DNA of 64,000 nt from Oscillospiraceae bacterium (GTDB lineage Bacteria > Bacillota > Clostridia > Oscillospirales > Oscillospiraceae), in assembly GCA_963666535.1 (NCBI GenBank), contig OY762913.1, positions 1,557,499 through 1,621,498 on the forward strand, given 5' to 3'. Shown here in pieces: positions 51,556 to 61,187 of the stretch; position 1 is the stretch's first letter; every line of letters starts with the position of its first letter. The notes under the pieces were generated by a model. It saw only the letters and a program-made list of their open reading frames with translations, searched no databases and was not told the DNA's origin. The translations under genes were made by a program, and so were the position numbers.

Positions 51556-52611
51556 TCAGCTCTTCAGGTTAATCCACAGCTCGTCATAAAGATCAAGGGT
51601 TGCCTGGGGGAGGTTTAGAAACGTTTCACAGCGGGCGAGGACGGATTCGTCCGGGAACATGACCGCGGCGTCTTCGGGGGACAACTCGGCTTTGTACTCT
51701 TCGGCGGCCTCCGTGTTGGGAGACGCATAGCCGATTTCCTCCATATTGGCAAGAGCCGCCTCGGTGCTGCACATAAAGTTGATATAAGCTTCGGCATATT
51801 CTTTGTTGGCCGCGCCTTTGGGGATACACATGGCATCTACAAACAAATTGGAACCCTCTTTGGGGAACACAAAGGCCAGGTCGGGGTTGTTTTCCTTCAT
51901 GGTGAGGTAGTCACCGGCGTAATAGGTGCCGATGGCAGCTTCGCCGGACTCCAGCTTGTCATAGATCTGATCCATCACATAGGCCTGCAGGATCGGCTTC
52001 TGTTCTTTTAGCAGGGCATAGGCCTCGTTTAGCGCAGCTTCGTCTGTGGTGTTCAGCGAATAACCCAAAAAGCGCAGGGCAATCCCAAGCGCGTCACGGG
52101 AGTTGTCAATCATGAGAATCTGACCTGAGTACTGGGGGTCAAACAGAGCGCCCCAGCTGGTGATTTCCTGGTCGATCATCGTGGTGTTGTAGATAATGCC
52201 GGTCGTACCCCAGGTATAGGGAACGGAATAGGCGTTTGTGGGGTCGTAAGCCAAATTCTGATAGTCGCTGCCAATCAGAGAAAAGTTGGGGATCTGGTCA
52301 AAGTCCAGTTCTTCCAGCATTCCCTCGTCAATCAGGCGGGCGATCATATAGTCGGAGGGGATGATGACGTCATAGGTGGAACCGCCGGTTTTGAGCAGGG
52401 AGTAGAGCGTTTCATTGCTTTCCGTAGTGGTGTAATTAACCTTGATGCCGGTCTCCTGCTCAAACTGGGTCAGCAGAGAAAAATCCACGTATTCCCCCCA
52501 GTTGCAGACGTTGACCTCTCCGACATAATCGGCGGAAGAGCTGCCGCAGCCAGCAAGACAAATTGGGATGAGCATGGTAAGCGCGAGGATAGCAGAGAGC
52601 TTTTTTTTCAA
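51556..52611 (-). CDS. potD: Spermidine/putrescine ABC transporter substrate-binding lipoprotein
   Basis: 351 aa. Lipobox LAGCGS. Last gene of a potABCD-ordered operon. Confidence 0.85.
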   Translation of the reverse strand: MKKKLSAILALTMLIPICLAGCGSSSADYVGEVNVCNWGEYVDFSLLTQFEQETGIKVNYTTTESNETLYSLLKTGGSTYDVIIPSDYMIARLIDEGMLEELDFDQIPNFSLIGSDYQNLAYDPTNAYSVPYTWGTTGIIYNTTMIDQEITSWGALFDPQYSGQILMIDNSRDALGIALRFLGYSLNTTDEAALNEAYALLKEQKPILQAYVMDQIYDKLESGEAAIGTYYAGDYLTMKENNPDLAFVFPKEGSNLFVDAMCIPKGAANKEYAEAYINFMCSTEAALANMEEIGYASPNTEAAEEYKAELSPEDAAVMFPDESVLARCETFLNLPQATLDLYDELWINLKS

Positions 52612-52646
52612 TTGGTGTTCCTCCTAATCTGCATGTGAAACAGCAT

Positions 52647-53516
52647 TTACATTTGGGCGGCAACCGCCTTGGACCGATTTTTTTCCTGCCGCATCTCCCG
52701 CACATTCACGATGACTAGAAGGATCAGGACGCAGGCAAACAGCAGGGTGGAAATGGCGTTGATTTCAGGACTGACGCGCTTCTTTGTCATTGCGTAGACC
52801 GTCATGGAAAGCGTCTGCACCTTGGAACCTGCCGTAAAATAGCTGATGACAAAGTCATCAATGGACATGGTGAAGGCAATGAGCAGACCATTGACAATAC
52901 CGGGCATAATTTCCGGCACCACGACCTTCCAAAATGCTTGCATCCAGGTGCATCCCAAATCCTGCGCCGCATCGATCAGGTTCTTATCCATTTGGCGGAG
53001 CTTTGGCATAATGGACAAAATGACATAAGGAATGTTAAACGTAATGTGGGCGATCAGCAGAGTTCCAAATCCAAGGGTGGATTGGATCGAAAGCTGCGTG
53101 CCAAAGGTGCTGTTGATCCATGCCGTTACGGTGTTTAACACGGAGAAACCAGCCACGAACAGCAGGCACAAAGAAACGCCGGTGGCAATATCGGCATTTA
53201 CCACAGGAATATTATTAATGGCCAACAGGGGAGAGCGCAACCGACGGCGCATGTTGTAAAAACCGATGGCGGCAAAGGTGCCCGCCACCGTGGCGATGAC
53301 AGCGGCCAGGATGGAAACCAGAAGGGTGATATAAAAGGCGTTGAGAATGGTGGCGTCGGTAAAGAGCTTTTCATACCACTGAAACGAAAATCCGCTCCAA
53401 ACGCTTCGGCTTTTTGAGCTGTTGAACGAGAAAACAATGAGGACGAAGATGGGAGCGTACAGAAACAAAAAGATCAGCCCCATAAATAAGCGGGAGCCAA
53501 AGTGATTCTTTTTCAC
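52647..53516 (-). CDS. potC: Spermidine/putrescine ABC transporter permease
   Basis: ORF track 52647..53564. GTG at 53516 overlaps the potB TGA (GTGA). 6-TM BPD-type permease. Confidence 0.8.
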   Translation of the reverse strand: MKKNHFGSRLFMGLIFLFLYAPIFVLIVFSFNSSKSRSVWSGFSFQWYEKLFTDATILNAFYITLLVSILAAVIATVAGTFAAIGFYNMRRRLRSPLLAINNIPVVNADIATGVSLCLLFVAGFSVLNTVTAWINSTFGTQLSIQSTLGFGTLLIAHITFNIPYVILSIMPKLRQMDKNLIDAAQDLGCTWMQAFWKVVVPEIMPGIVNGLLIAFTMSIDDFVISYFTAGSKVQTLSMTVYAMTKKRVSPEINAISTLLFACVLILLVIVNVREMRQEKNRSKAVAAQM

Positions 53517-54361
53517 AGCATCACCGCCGTTTCTTCTCCCTCGCCAAACCGGTTCATGACCCACATGCAGATAATGACGACGACCATCATAACCAGTGAA
53601 ATGGCGGAGCCCAGATGGGGGTTGTAGGCGTTGCCCAAAAACTGCATTTCAATCAGATCGCCCAGCAGCAGTTCGGTACCGCCGCCCAGCAGCTTGGAAA
53701 TGACGAAGGTGGACACGGCGGGCACGAATACCATGGTAATACCGGAGAGAACGCCGGGCAGACTCATGGGAAAGATAACGTGCCGAAATACCGACGAGGT
53801 ACCGCAACCCAGATCCTGTGCGGCCTCCACAAGACTCTGATCAATTTTTACAATGACCGAGTAGATGGGCAGAACCATGAAGGGCAGGAAGTTATATACC
53901 ATGCCCAGAACCACAGCGCCCGACGTGTTGATCATGGGAAAGTAGGTCAACTGGGTGTCAAAAACCGAATTGAGGAGAGAAAACAGGCCGATGGCATGGA
54001 AAAAACGGTTTAACAGGCCGGTGTTTTCCAGAAGGGACATCCAGGCATAGGTGCGCAGCAAAAAGTTCATCCACATGGGCAGCATGATCAGCATCATGCA
54101 CATCTTTTGAAAACCCCGCCCCTCACGGGACATGAGATAGGACAAGGGATAGCCGATTAGGATACAGATGGCGGTGGCGATCAGCGCAAGTGCAAAGGAA
54201 CGGGTAAAAACCCCTAGGTATTCGCCCATTTTTGCAAAATTGGACACAGTTGGTACGCCGTCTGCATTGGTGAATGCATAAACCACGACAAGGACGATGG
54301 GCGCCACAACAAACAGAGCCATCCAAACCACATAGGGGATGGTGAAGAGCTTATTCCTCAT
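53513..54361 (-). CDS. potB: Spermidine/putrescine ABC transporter permease
   Basis: ORF track 53513..54454. ATG at 54361 ([17 protein letters not shown]...). Confidence 0.8.
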   Translation of the reverse strand: MRNKLFTIPYVVWMALFVVAPIVLVVVYAFTNADGVPTVSNFAKMGEYLGVFTRSFALALIATAICILIGYPLSYLMSREGRGFQKMCMMLIMLPMWMNFLLRTYAWMSLLENTGLLNRFFHAIGLFSLLNSVFDTQLTYFPMINTSGAVVLGMVYNFLPFMVLPIYSVIVKIDQSLVEAAQDLGCGTSSVFRHVIFPMSLPGVLSGITMVFVPAVSTFVISKLLGGGTELLLGDLIEMQFLGNAYNPHLGSAISLVMMVVVIICMWVMNRFGEGEETAVML

Positions 54362-55535
54362 GCAGCTCCTCCTGAGACTCCTCGTTGTCTTCGGGGATAT
54401 AGTCCGCGTCGCCGATCTCGTCGTACTCGGCGCTGTAAGAACTGTAATCACCATATAAACCGGAGTATTTACTCTTTTTCATAATGTGAAAGCCGTCCGG
54501 GTCGATTTTAATACCAATTTTTGCACCCACGGGAGAATGGTCAGTGGTTTGGATCAGCCATTTGAAGCCCCTGAAGTCCACAATGATGTCATAGTGGACG
54601 CCCTTAAAGGTGACACTGGTGACCGTTCCGGTCAGTTGGCCGGCGGAAAGGGTAACGATATCGATATCCTCGGGACGTATAACCACATCCACCGATTCGT
54701 CAGGGGTGAATCCGCTGTCCACACACTGGAATTTGCGGCCAAAAATCTCCACCATTCCGTCCCCGCGCATGATGCCGTCCACGATGTTACTCTCGCCAAT
54801 GAAATCGGCCACAAAGGCGTTTTTAGGCTCGTTATAAATTGCCTCGGGGGAGCCAATCTGCTGGATCTGGCCGCCATCCATCACCACCACGGTGTCGGAC
54901 ATAGCCAGGGCTTCCTCCTGGTCGTGGGTGACGTAAATAAAGGTGATACCCATGGCCTGCTGGATGCGCTTGAGCTCGTTTTGCATATCCTTGCGCAGCC
55001 GCATGTCCAGCGCGCCCAGCGGTTCATCCAGAAGCAAAACCTTGGGTTGGTTCACCAGCGCGCGGGCAATGGCGACCCGCTGCTGCTGGCCGCCGGAGAG
55101 AACGGCAATATTGCGGCGCTCGAACCCCTTGAGGTTTACTGTTTCCAGCATTTCCATCACGCGGCGGTCGATCTCTTTTTCATCCAGTTTTTCTTTTTTC
55201 CCGGTCTGAGGATTTGGCTTGGAAAGCCGCAGGCCAAAGGCGATGTTTTCATATACGTTCAAGTGGGGGAACAGTGCATATTTCTGAAACACCGTGTTTA
55301 TCATCCGCTTATGCGGCGGAACATCATTAATCCTCACGCCGTCAAAAAACACGGCCCCTGAGGTTGGCGTCTGAAAACCACCGATGATGCGAAGCGTGGT
55401 GGTTTTGCCGCAGCCACTGGGTCCGAGCAGCGTGAGGAATTCTTGGTCATTGATATAAAGATTCAAATTGTCTAAAACAATCTCATCGTCAAACGCCATG
55501 GTGCAATCTGCCAGGCGAATCAACTCTTTGGACAT
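54351..55535 (-). CDS. potA: Spermidine/putrescine ABC transporter ATPase
   Basis: 394 aa. [35 protein letters not shown]-like C-terminal domain and acidic tail. Confidence 0.9.
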   Translation of the reverse strand: MSKELIRLADCTMAFDDEIVLDNLNLYINDQEFLTLLGPSGCGKTTTLRIIGGFQTPTSGAVFFDGVRINDVPPHKRMINTVFQKYALFPHLNVYENIAFGLRLSKPNPQTGKKEKLDEKEIDRRVMEMLETVNLKGFERRNIAVLSGGQQQRVAIARALVNQPKVLLLDEPLGALDMRLRKDMQNELKRIQQAMGITFIYVTHDQEEALAMSDTVVVMDGGQIQQIGSPEAIYNEPKNAFVADFIGESNIVDGIMRGDGMVEIFGRKFQCVDSGFTPDESVDVVIRPEDIDIVTLSAGQLTGTVTSVTFKGVHYDIIVDFRGFKWLIQTTDHSPVGAKIGIKIDPDGFHIMKKSKYSGLYGDYSSYSAEYDEIGDADYIPEDNEESQEELHEE

Positions 55536-55612
55536 TTATCCTCCCCCGTTCTTAACATTTAATAGAAGAGTCTGTCCCTTCCCATGTGTGAGCATAAAAA
55601 AGAACAGACTAA

Positions 55613-55641
55613 ACTATATCGGGAAAGCGTGGAAATGTCAA
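55613..55641 (-). promoter_or_regulatory. Sigma-70-type promoter for potABCD
   Basis: Minus strand: TTGACA (55636-41), 17 nt, TATAGT (55613-18). Confidence 0.55.
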
Positions 55642-55680
55642 TAAAAAGGTCGAATTTTCTTGGATATTTCGCCGTTTTTT

Positions 55681-56673
55681 TCACACACGCTGTTCAGGGG
55701 CTGTTTCCAGAGAAAAAGCGGGGAAAAATTCGGTCACGAAGTCGATGTCAGACACCTGCCAGCACCTGCCGTTGAGGGGGTTCAGCGGTCCGGCGTCCGT
55801 GGTGAATTGAAAGACAAGCCGATAGGAATATAGCGCCTGGATTTTGCGGCCATAAGGCTTGTTTTCCCGCTCGGTTCCATACTTTCCGTCGCCCAGCAGG
55901 GGGTGTCCCGCTGCGGCAAACTGGGCACGGATCTGATGGGTGCGTCCGGTAATAAGATCGCACTCCATCAGGGAAAGCTCACCCCGGGCAGACAGCGTTT
56001 TGTAGAGGGTAATGGCCGTCTTTCCGCCGGGAACCGGCTTTTTATGAACGGAAACCTGGTTTCTATTCTCATCCTTGACCAGAAAGTCTTCCAGCTTGCC
56101 GGCAGCCGGCTTGATCTGCCCGTGGATAACACAGAGATAATATTTGGAAAGTTCCCGGTCTTTGATCTTTTGGTTCATGATACGCAGCGTTTCCGCGTTT
56201 TTGGCGGCGATCACGATGCCGCCGGTGTTGCGGTCAATACGATTACACAGGGCGGGGGTAAAGGCATTTTCCTGGTAGGGGCTCCACTCCTTCTTTTGAT
56301 ACAGGTAAGCCTGTATCTGGGTGATGAGCGTATTGACCCGCTCCTTCTCGTCAGGGTGAGACACAAGACCGGGGCGCTTGTTGACCAGAAGTAGGTTTTC
56401 ATCCTCGTACACAATATCAAGCTGGGGCTGGTACAGGGACAGAAACGCGTTTTCCGGGGTGGGGCGTTCGAAAAACTCGTCATTAATATAAAGCTGGAGC
56501 ACATCGCCCACAGCCAGCCGTGCGTCCCGTTTGGCACCCTTGCCGTTCAGCTTTACCCGTTTGATGCGGATATACTTTTGCGCCAGGGGAGAGGGCAGGA
56601 CAGGCAGCGTTTTAGAAAGCCAGCGATCCAGTCGCTGTCCCGCGTCATTTTTTCCGATGGTGAATTCCTTCAT
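55681..56673 (-). CDS. RluA-family 23S rRNA pseudouridine synthase (S4 domain plus catalytic domain)
   Basis: ORF track 55681..56823. ATG at 56673 after GGAGGAA. NRIDRNTGGIVIAAKN (catalytic Asp motif), and GRTHQIRAQFA. Confidence 0.85.
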   Translation of the reverse strand: MKEFTIGKNDAGQRLDRWLSKTLPVLPSPLAQKYIRIKRVKLNGKGAKRDARLAVGDVLQLYINDEFFERPTPENAFLSLYQPQLDIVYEDENLLLVNKRPGLVSHPDEKERVNTLITQIQAYLYQKKEWSPYQENAFTPALCNRIDRNTGGIVIAAKNAETLRIMNQKIKDRELSKYYLCVIHGQIKPAAGKLEDFLVKDENRNQVSVHKKPVPGGKTAITLYKTLSARGELSLMECDLITGRTHQIRAQFAAAGHPLLGDGKYGTERENKPYGRKIQALYSYRLVFQFTTDAGPLNPLNGRCWQVSDIDFVTEFFPAFSLETAPEQRV

Positions 56674-56858
56674 GGGGGGGTTCCTCCTCTGATCTACATG
56701 GATCGGTTTATTGTAGCATAGAAAGGGCGGTGACAGGAAGAAAAGATTTCGCATTTTCCCACGTTTTAAGAAATAATTAGGGCAATTGTCTGAAAAGTAT
56801 TTGACAAGTGGTGAATTTTTCACTATAATACTCGCTGTACCATTATGCGAGGTGTGTC

Positions 56859-57362
56859 ATGAAGCTGAACCTGAAAGAGATCATCCACGTCCCTGGCAGC
56901 TCGGTCCCTTTCGACTACGAATTGGATGGTTCCGATTTGGAGTTTTATGGGAAAAATCCTGTTACCGGATCGCTGCAAGTTAGCGGTGCCGTGCGTAACA
57001 TGGCGGATGCGCTTATGTTGGAAGGAACCGTTACAGCCACGCTCAGTCTCAACTGCGATCGGTGCACGAAGCCGTTCACACAGAAAAAGTCCGTTTCTCT
57101 GGATACCCTTCTGGCAACAGAACTGGAGAATGAGGAGAATGATGACATTATTCTTTTGGACGGGACAGAGCTGGATTTAGACGAACTTGCGACGACGGCG
57201 TTCATCCTCGCGATGGACATGAAAAACCTTTGCTCAGAAGACTGCAAGGGACTATGCTCCGGGTGCGGTGTCGACCTCAATGTCGAAGCCTGCCGGTGCA
57301 AACCTGAAGTGGATCCACGATTGGCGGCGCTTGCGCAGCTGTTGGATGATAAAACTGAGTAG
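56859..57362 (+). CDS. yceD: YceD-family (DUF177) ribosome-maturation protein
   Basis: 167 aa. CDRC...CSEDCKGLCSGCGVDLN...CRC. Upstream of rpmF as usual. Confidence 0.85.
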   Translation: MKLNLKEIIHVPGSSVPFDYELDGSDLEFYGKNPVTGSLQVSGAVRNMADALMLEGTVTATLSLNCDRCTKPFTQKKSVSLDTLLATELENEENDDIILLDGTELDLDELATTAFILAMDMKNLCSEDCKGLCSGCGVDLNVEACRCKPEVDPRLAALAQLLDDKTE

Positions 57363-57394
57363 CGAAAGACCAACCTGTTAAGGAGGTGTCACCA

Positions 57395-57598
57395 ATGGCG
57401 GTTCCTAAGAGAAAAGTATCCAAGGCCAGACGCGATAAGAGACGTAGCTCCGTATGGAAGCTGGAAGCTCCCGGTCTCGTGGCCTGCCCCAAGTGCGGGG
57501 CTTATCACTTGCCTCACCGCATGTGCAAGTCCTGCATGACCTATAACGGTCGTGAATTCGCAATGACTGAGGTTAAGGCAACGAGCAAAGAGAAGTAA
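57395..57598 (+). CDS. rpmF: 50S ribosomal protein L32
   Basis: MAVPKRKVSKARRDKRRS...CPKCG...HRMCKSC. ATG at 57395 after AAGGAGG (ORF track start 57386). Confidence 0.95.
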   Translation: MAVPKRKVSKARRDKRRSSVWKLEAPGLVACPKCGAYHLPHRMCKSCMTYNGREFAMTEVKATSKEK

Positions 57599-57616
57599 TC
57601 GGATGATTGCAGAAGT

Positions 57617-57645
57617 AAGAGGGGGATTTCCCCCTCTTTTCTTTT
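57617..57645 (+). terminator. Intrinsic terminator after rpmF
   Basis: AAGAGGGGG-ATTT-CCCCCTCTT followed by TTCTTTT. Confidence 0.8.
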
Positions 57646-57778
57646 GCCCTGTGTGGAAAAGATAACGGGCTGTGGTGACAGCTTGCTCTTTCTTTTTTGG
57701 AGAAGATGGGATATACTATGTAGAAGATGTAATGTGTGCTGGAGTGGCACACATTTTGACAGAACGGAGGAAGTGACC

Positions 57779-59107
57779 ATGCCAAAACCGCTCATCGCTA
57801 TCGTGGGGCGCCCCAATGTGGGGAAATCCATGCTGTTTAACCGATTGGTGGGCCAACGACTCTCCATCGTAGAGGACACCCCCGGTGTCACTCGTGACCG
57901 CTTATACGCGGAGTGCGAGTGGAATGGCCGTATCTTTGATATCGTAGATACCGGCGGAATTGAGCCGGGTACGGATAACGAGATCTTGACCTTCATGCGC
58001 CATCAGGCGGAGATTGCCATTCAACATGCAAATGTCATTCTATTCGTGGGCGATGTGAAGACCGGCGTGACCGCATCCGATCAGGATGTGGCCAATATGT
58101 TGCTGCGCTCTAAAAAGCCGGTGGTGCTTGCGGTCAATAAGGCAGACCAGAGTGGCGGCACCAATCCGGATGTCTATGAGTTTTATAACCTTGGCCTTGG
58201 CGACCCATACGCCGTTTCCGCTGTCCACGGCACCGGCACCGGCGACCTTCTGGAAGCCTGCATGGAATACTTCCCGCCGGAGGATGAGGTGGAGGAGCAG
58301 GATGATGTGATCAAGGTCGCGATCATCGGCAAACCCAACGTGGGGAAATCTTCGCTGGTGAACCGCATTTTAGGGGAAGAGCGAGTCATTGTCAGCGACA
58401 TAGCCGGCACGACACGCGACGCTGTGGACAGTTATTTTGAAAACAGCAAGGGAAAGTATATCCTGATTGATACTGCTGGAATGCGGAAAAAGTCCAAGGT
58501 GGACGACCGCATTGAGAAATTCTCGGTCCTGCGGGCCACGATGGCCATTGAGCGGGCGGACGTGTGCCTGATTCTGATTGACGCCAACGATGGGGTCACC
58601 GATCAGGATACCAAGGTGGCGGGGCTTGCCCACGAAGCGGGAAAAGCCTGCATTATTGTGGTGAACAAATGGGACGCAGTGGAAAAAGATGACAAGACCA
58701 TGAAGAAGATGCAGGAGAACGTGCGCCGGGATCTGGCCTATATGCCGTACGCGCCGGTGCTCTTTATCTCGGCACTGACCGGACAGCGGGTGGACAAGCT
58801 GTTTGATATGATCAATCACGTCAACGAGCAGTCCAATATGCGCATTACTACGGGTATGCTCAATACCGTTCTGGCGGATGCCACCACCCGCGTGCAGCCG
58901 CCCACGGATAAGGGAAAACGGCTGAAGATCTATTACATGACACAGGTGGGGATTAAGCCGCCGCATTTTGTCATCTTCTGCAATGAAAAACAGCTGTTTC
59001 ATTTCTCTTATCAAAGATATATTGAAAATCAGATCCGCGGAACCTTCGGTCTGGAGGGGACGCCGGTTCAGATTACAATTCGCCAAAAGGGAGAGAAAGA
59101 GGAGTAA
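57779..59107 (+). CDS. der: Ribosome-biogenesis GTPase Der (EngA)
   Basis: ORF track 57644..59107. ATG at 57779 after GGAGGAAG. Two G domains (GRPNVGKSMLFN, GKPNVGKSSLVN) plus a KH-like C-terminus. Confidence 0.95.
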   Translation: MPKPLIAIVGRPNVGKSMLFNRLVGQRLSIVEDTPGVTRDRLYAECEWNGRIFDIVDTGGIEPGTDNEILTFMRHQAEIAIQHANVILFVGDVKTGVTASDQDVANMLLRSKKPVVLAVNKADQSGGTNPDVYEFYNLGLGDPYAVSAVHGTGTGDLLEACMEYFPPEDEVEEQDDVIKVAIIGKPNVGKSSLVNRILGEERVIVSDIAGTTRDAVDSYFENSKGKYILIDTAGMRKKSKVDDRIEKFSVLRATMAIERADVCLILIDANDGVTDQDTKVAGLAHEAGKACIIVVNKWDAVEKDDKTMKKMQENVRRDLAYMPYAPVLFISALTGQRVDKLFDMINHVNEQSNMRITTGMLNTVLADATTRVQPPTDKGKRLKIYYMTQVGIKPPHFVIFCNEKQLFHFSYQRYIENQIRGTFGLEGTPVQITIRQKGEKEE

Positions 59108-59111
59108 TGCA

Positions 59112-59834
59112 ATGGAACTGATTGCGCAACTGTTCGAACACCCTGCAATTGTGACGTTTATCTATGTTGTTTTCCTCTTCGGACTCCCTGCACTGGCGGC
59201 GTACTTCTTCGGCTGTTTCAACGGGGCGGTCATCGTATCCAAGTATATTCTACATGATGATATCCGCGGTCATGGCAGCGGCAACGCGGGTCTGACAAAT
59301 TTTTACCGCGTGTTCGGCGGGAAGCTGACCCTTGTAGTGCTCTTGACCGACGTACTGAAAGCGGTGGTTGCTGTCCTGCTTTGCGGTTTTTTGGCAAAGG
59401 CTATGTTCGGCGATCCGGCATCCTATTACAGTAATCCGCCCGACCCGAATCTAGTGGAGACGATCGGAAGGTACTACGGCGGCTTTTTTTGCCTGCTTGG
59501 GCACAGTTTCCCTGTCATGTTCGGGTTTAAAGGGGGCAAGGGCGTACTGTCAGGCGGCACCGTGGCGCTGATGGTCGACTGGCGCGTGGCGCTGGTAGTA
59601 TGGGGCGGGTTCCTGATCCTCGCCGTGGCGACCCGCTATGTATCCCTGGGTTCGGTATTTGCCGGCGCAGCTTTCCCCTTTGCAACCTGGTTTGTGTATC
59701 AGAACGCGATGCCTACTATTCTGTCGGCCGGGTGTGCGGCACTGCTGTTGTGGGGGCACCGGGGCAACATCAAGCGGCTTTTGAAGGGCGAAGAGTCCAA
59801 GTTTTCTTTCCATCGGAAAAAGGAGACGGATTGA
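59112..59834 (+). CDS. plsY: Glycerol-3-phosphate acyltransferase PlsY
   Basis: ORF track 58968..59834. ATG at 59112. GHGSGNAGLTNFYRVFG and GFKGGKGV motifs. Confidence 0.9.
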   Translation: MELIAQLFEHPAIVTFIYVVFLFGLPALAAYFFGCFNGAVIVSKYILHDDIRGHGSGNAGLTNFYRVFGGKLTLVVLLTDVLKAVVAVLLCGFLAKAMFGDPASYYSNPPDPNLVETIGRYYGGFFCLLGHSFPVMFGFKGGKGVLSGGTVALMVDWRVALVVWGGFLILAVATRYVSLGSVFAGAAFPFATWFVYQNAMPTILSAGCAALLLWGHRGNIKRLLKGEESKFSFHRKKETD

Positions 59835-59835
59835 G

Positions 59836-60837
59836 ATGAAAATTACAGTGTTAGGAAGCGGCGGCTGGGGCACAGCGCTGGCATTATTGTTGCTGGAAAA
59901 CGGAAATGACGTGACGCTCTGGTCCTATGCAGGCCACGAGTTGGAACTCATTCGGGAGAAGCGGGAAAACCCGCTTTTAAAAGGTGTTTCCATCCCGGAA
60001 GAGCTGAAGCTGACGGACACTATGGCTGATGTGGAAGCTTCTAGGGTGGTGGTGCTTGCCACCCCGTCCTTTGCGGTGCGTCAAACCGCACGGCAGATTG
60101 CAGGGTTAGTGACGCCCGGTACCATACTCGTTTCGGTTTCCAAAGGCATTGAAAAGAATACCTCGCTGCGGCTGTCTCAGGTGATTTCCGAAGAGGTGGG
60201 AGAGGGTTGCCCGGTTGTGGTCTTGTCCGGCCCATCTCATGCGGAGGAAGTGGGGCGCCATGTTCCCACCGCCGTGGTTGCCGCATCGAAAGATCAGGCG
60301 GCGGCAGAGCTTACGCAGGATCTGTTTATGAACGAACGGTTCCGTGTTTACACAAGCCCGGATGTGGTGGGTGTAGAACTGGGCGCGGCGCTGAAAAACG
60401 TCATCGCCCTGTGCGCCGGTTGCTGCGACGGTATGGGCTACGGCGATAACACCAAGGCCATGCTGATGACCCGGGGTCTGAGCGAGATCGCCCGGCTGGG
60501 CGTGGCGTTGGGAGGCAAAAAAGAGAGTTTTGCCGGACTTGCCGGGGTGGGTGATCTGATTGTTACCTGCACCTCCATGCACTCCCGCAACCGCCGGGCC
60601 GGGATCCTCATCGGGCAAGGCACAGCACCGGAGCAGGCAGTGAAAGAGATCGGCGCGGTGGTCGAGGGCTATTTTGCCGCCGCAACAGCCCATACTCTGG
60701 CAGAGAAGACTGGGGTGGAGATGCCCATCACCGAGGCGGCCTATCAGGTGCTCTACTGCGGCAAAAATGTTCGCAGCGTGATCACAGAGCTTATGACCCG
60801 GGAGAAACGGCACGAGATTGAAGAGAGCTGGGTGTGA
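59836..60837 (+). CDS. gpsA: NAD(P)H-dependent glycerol-3-phosphate dehydrogenase
   Basis: 333 aa. MKITVLGSGGWGTALA Rossmann motif, LKNVIALCAG. In the conserved der-plsY-gpsA order. Confidence 0.95.
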   Translation: MKITVLGSGGWGTALALLLLENGNDVTLWSYAGHELELIREKRENPLLKGVSIPEELKLTDTMADVEASRVVVLATPSFAVRQTARQIAGLVTPGTILVSVSKGIEKNTSLRLSQVISEEVGEGCPVVVLSGPSHAEEVGRHVPTAVVAASKDQAAAELTQDLFMNERFRVYTSPDVVGVELGAALKNVIALCAGCCDGMGYGDNTKAMLMTRGLSEIARLGVALGGKKESFAGLAGVGDLIVTCTSMHSRNRRAGILIGQGTAPEQAVKEIGAVVEGYFAAATAHTLAEKTGVEMPITEAAYQVLYCGKNVRSVITELMTREKRHEIEESWV

Positions 60838-60852
60838 CCCGGCTTTCTTTTT
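60826..60852 (+). terminator. Intrinsic terminator overlapping the gpsA stop
   Basis: AGCTGGG-TGTGA-CCCGGCT (one G-U pair) followed by TTCTTTTT. Confidence 0.5.
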
Positions 60853-60941
60853 GCCTAAATCCATCAGTGGAATCAAAGTCCAAGACATACCAAGGGGAAA
60901 TGGTGCCATATGGAGCGATTACTGCCGAACAATAATGCCAA

Positions 60942-61187
60942 ATGGTACTATTTTACCGGGTGATGATGATGTTTTTCCGAAGAATGACCGACCTGCGAAA
61001 TGACCATGATCTAACACAAAAAAATGTGGCGGATTTTTTGCATATGAACCTGTCAGTCTACCGCCGCTATGAGAAGGGTGAACGGGAGATTCCGGTATGG
61101 GCTGTGATTCAGCTGGCAGGGTACTACAAGATACCCACTGATTATCTTCTTGGTCTGACCGACGAGCCAGGCAGCAGCCATGCGTAA
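60942..61187 (+). CDS. XRE-family HTH protein (start uncertain)
   Basis: LTQKNVADFLHMNLSVYRRYEKGEREIP...IPTDYLLGLTDEP. Several candidate ATGs between 60942 and 60984, none with a strong RBS. 8-nt overlap with comEC. Confidence 0.65.
   Translation: MVLFYRVMMMFFRRMTDLRNDHDLTQKNVADFLHMNLSVYRRYEKGEREIPVWAVIQLAGYYKIPTDYLLGLTDEPGSSHA

Noticed and set aside
32393-60909. Other long antisense ORFs: 32393..33112, 46454..47482, 54486..55361, 58370..59086, 60106..60909, 61725..62339, 62865..63434
   Set aside because: Each overlaps a confidently identified gene on the other strand (transposase, ABC binding protein, potA, der, gpsA, comEC). All are treated as shadow ORFs.
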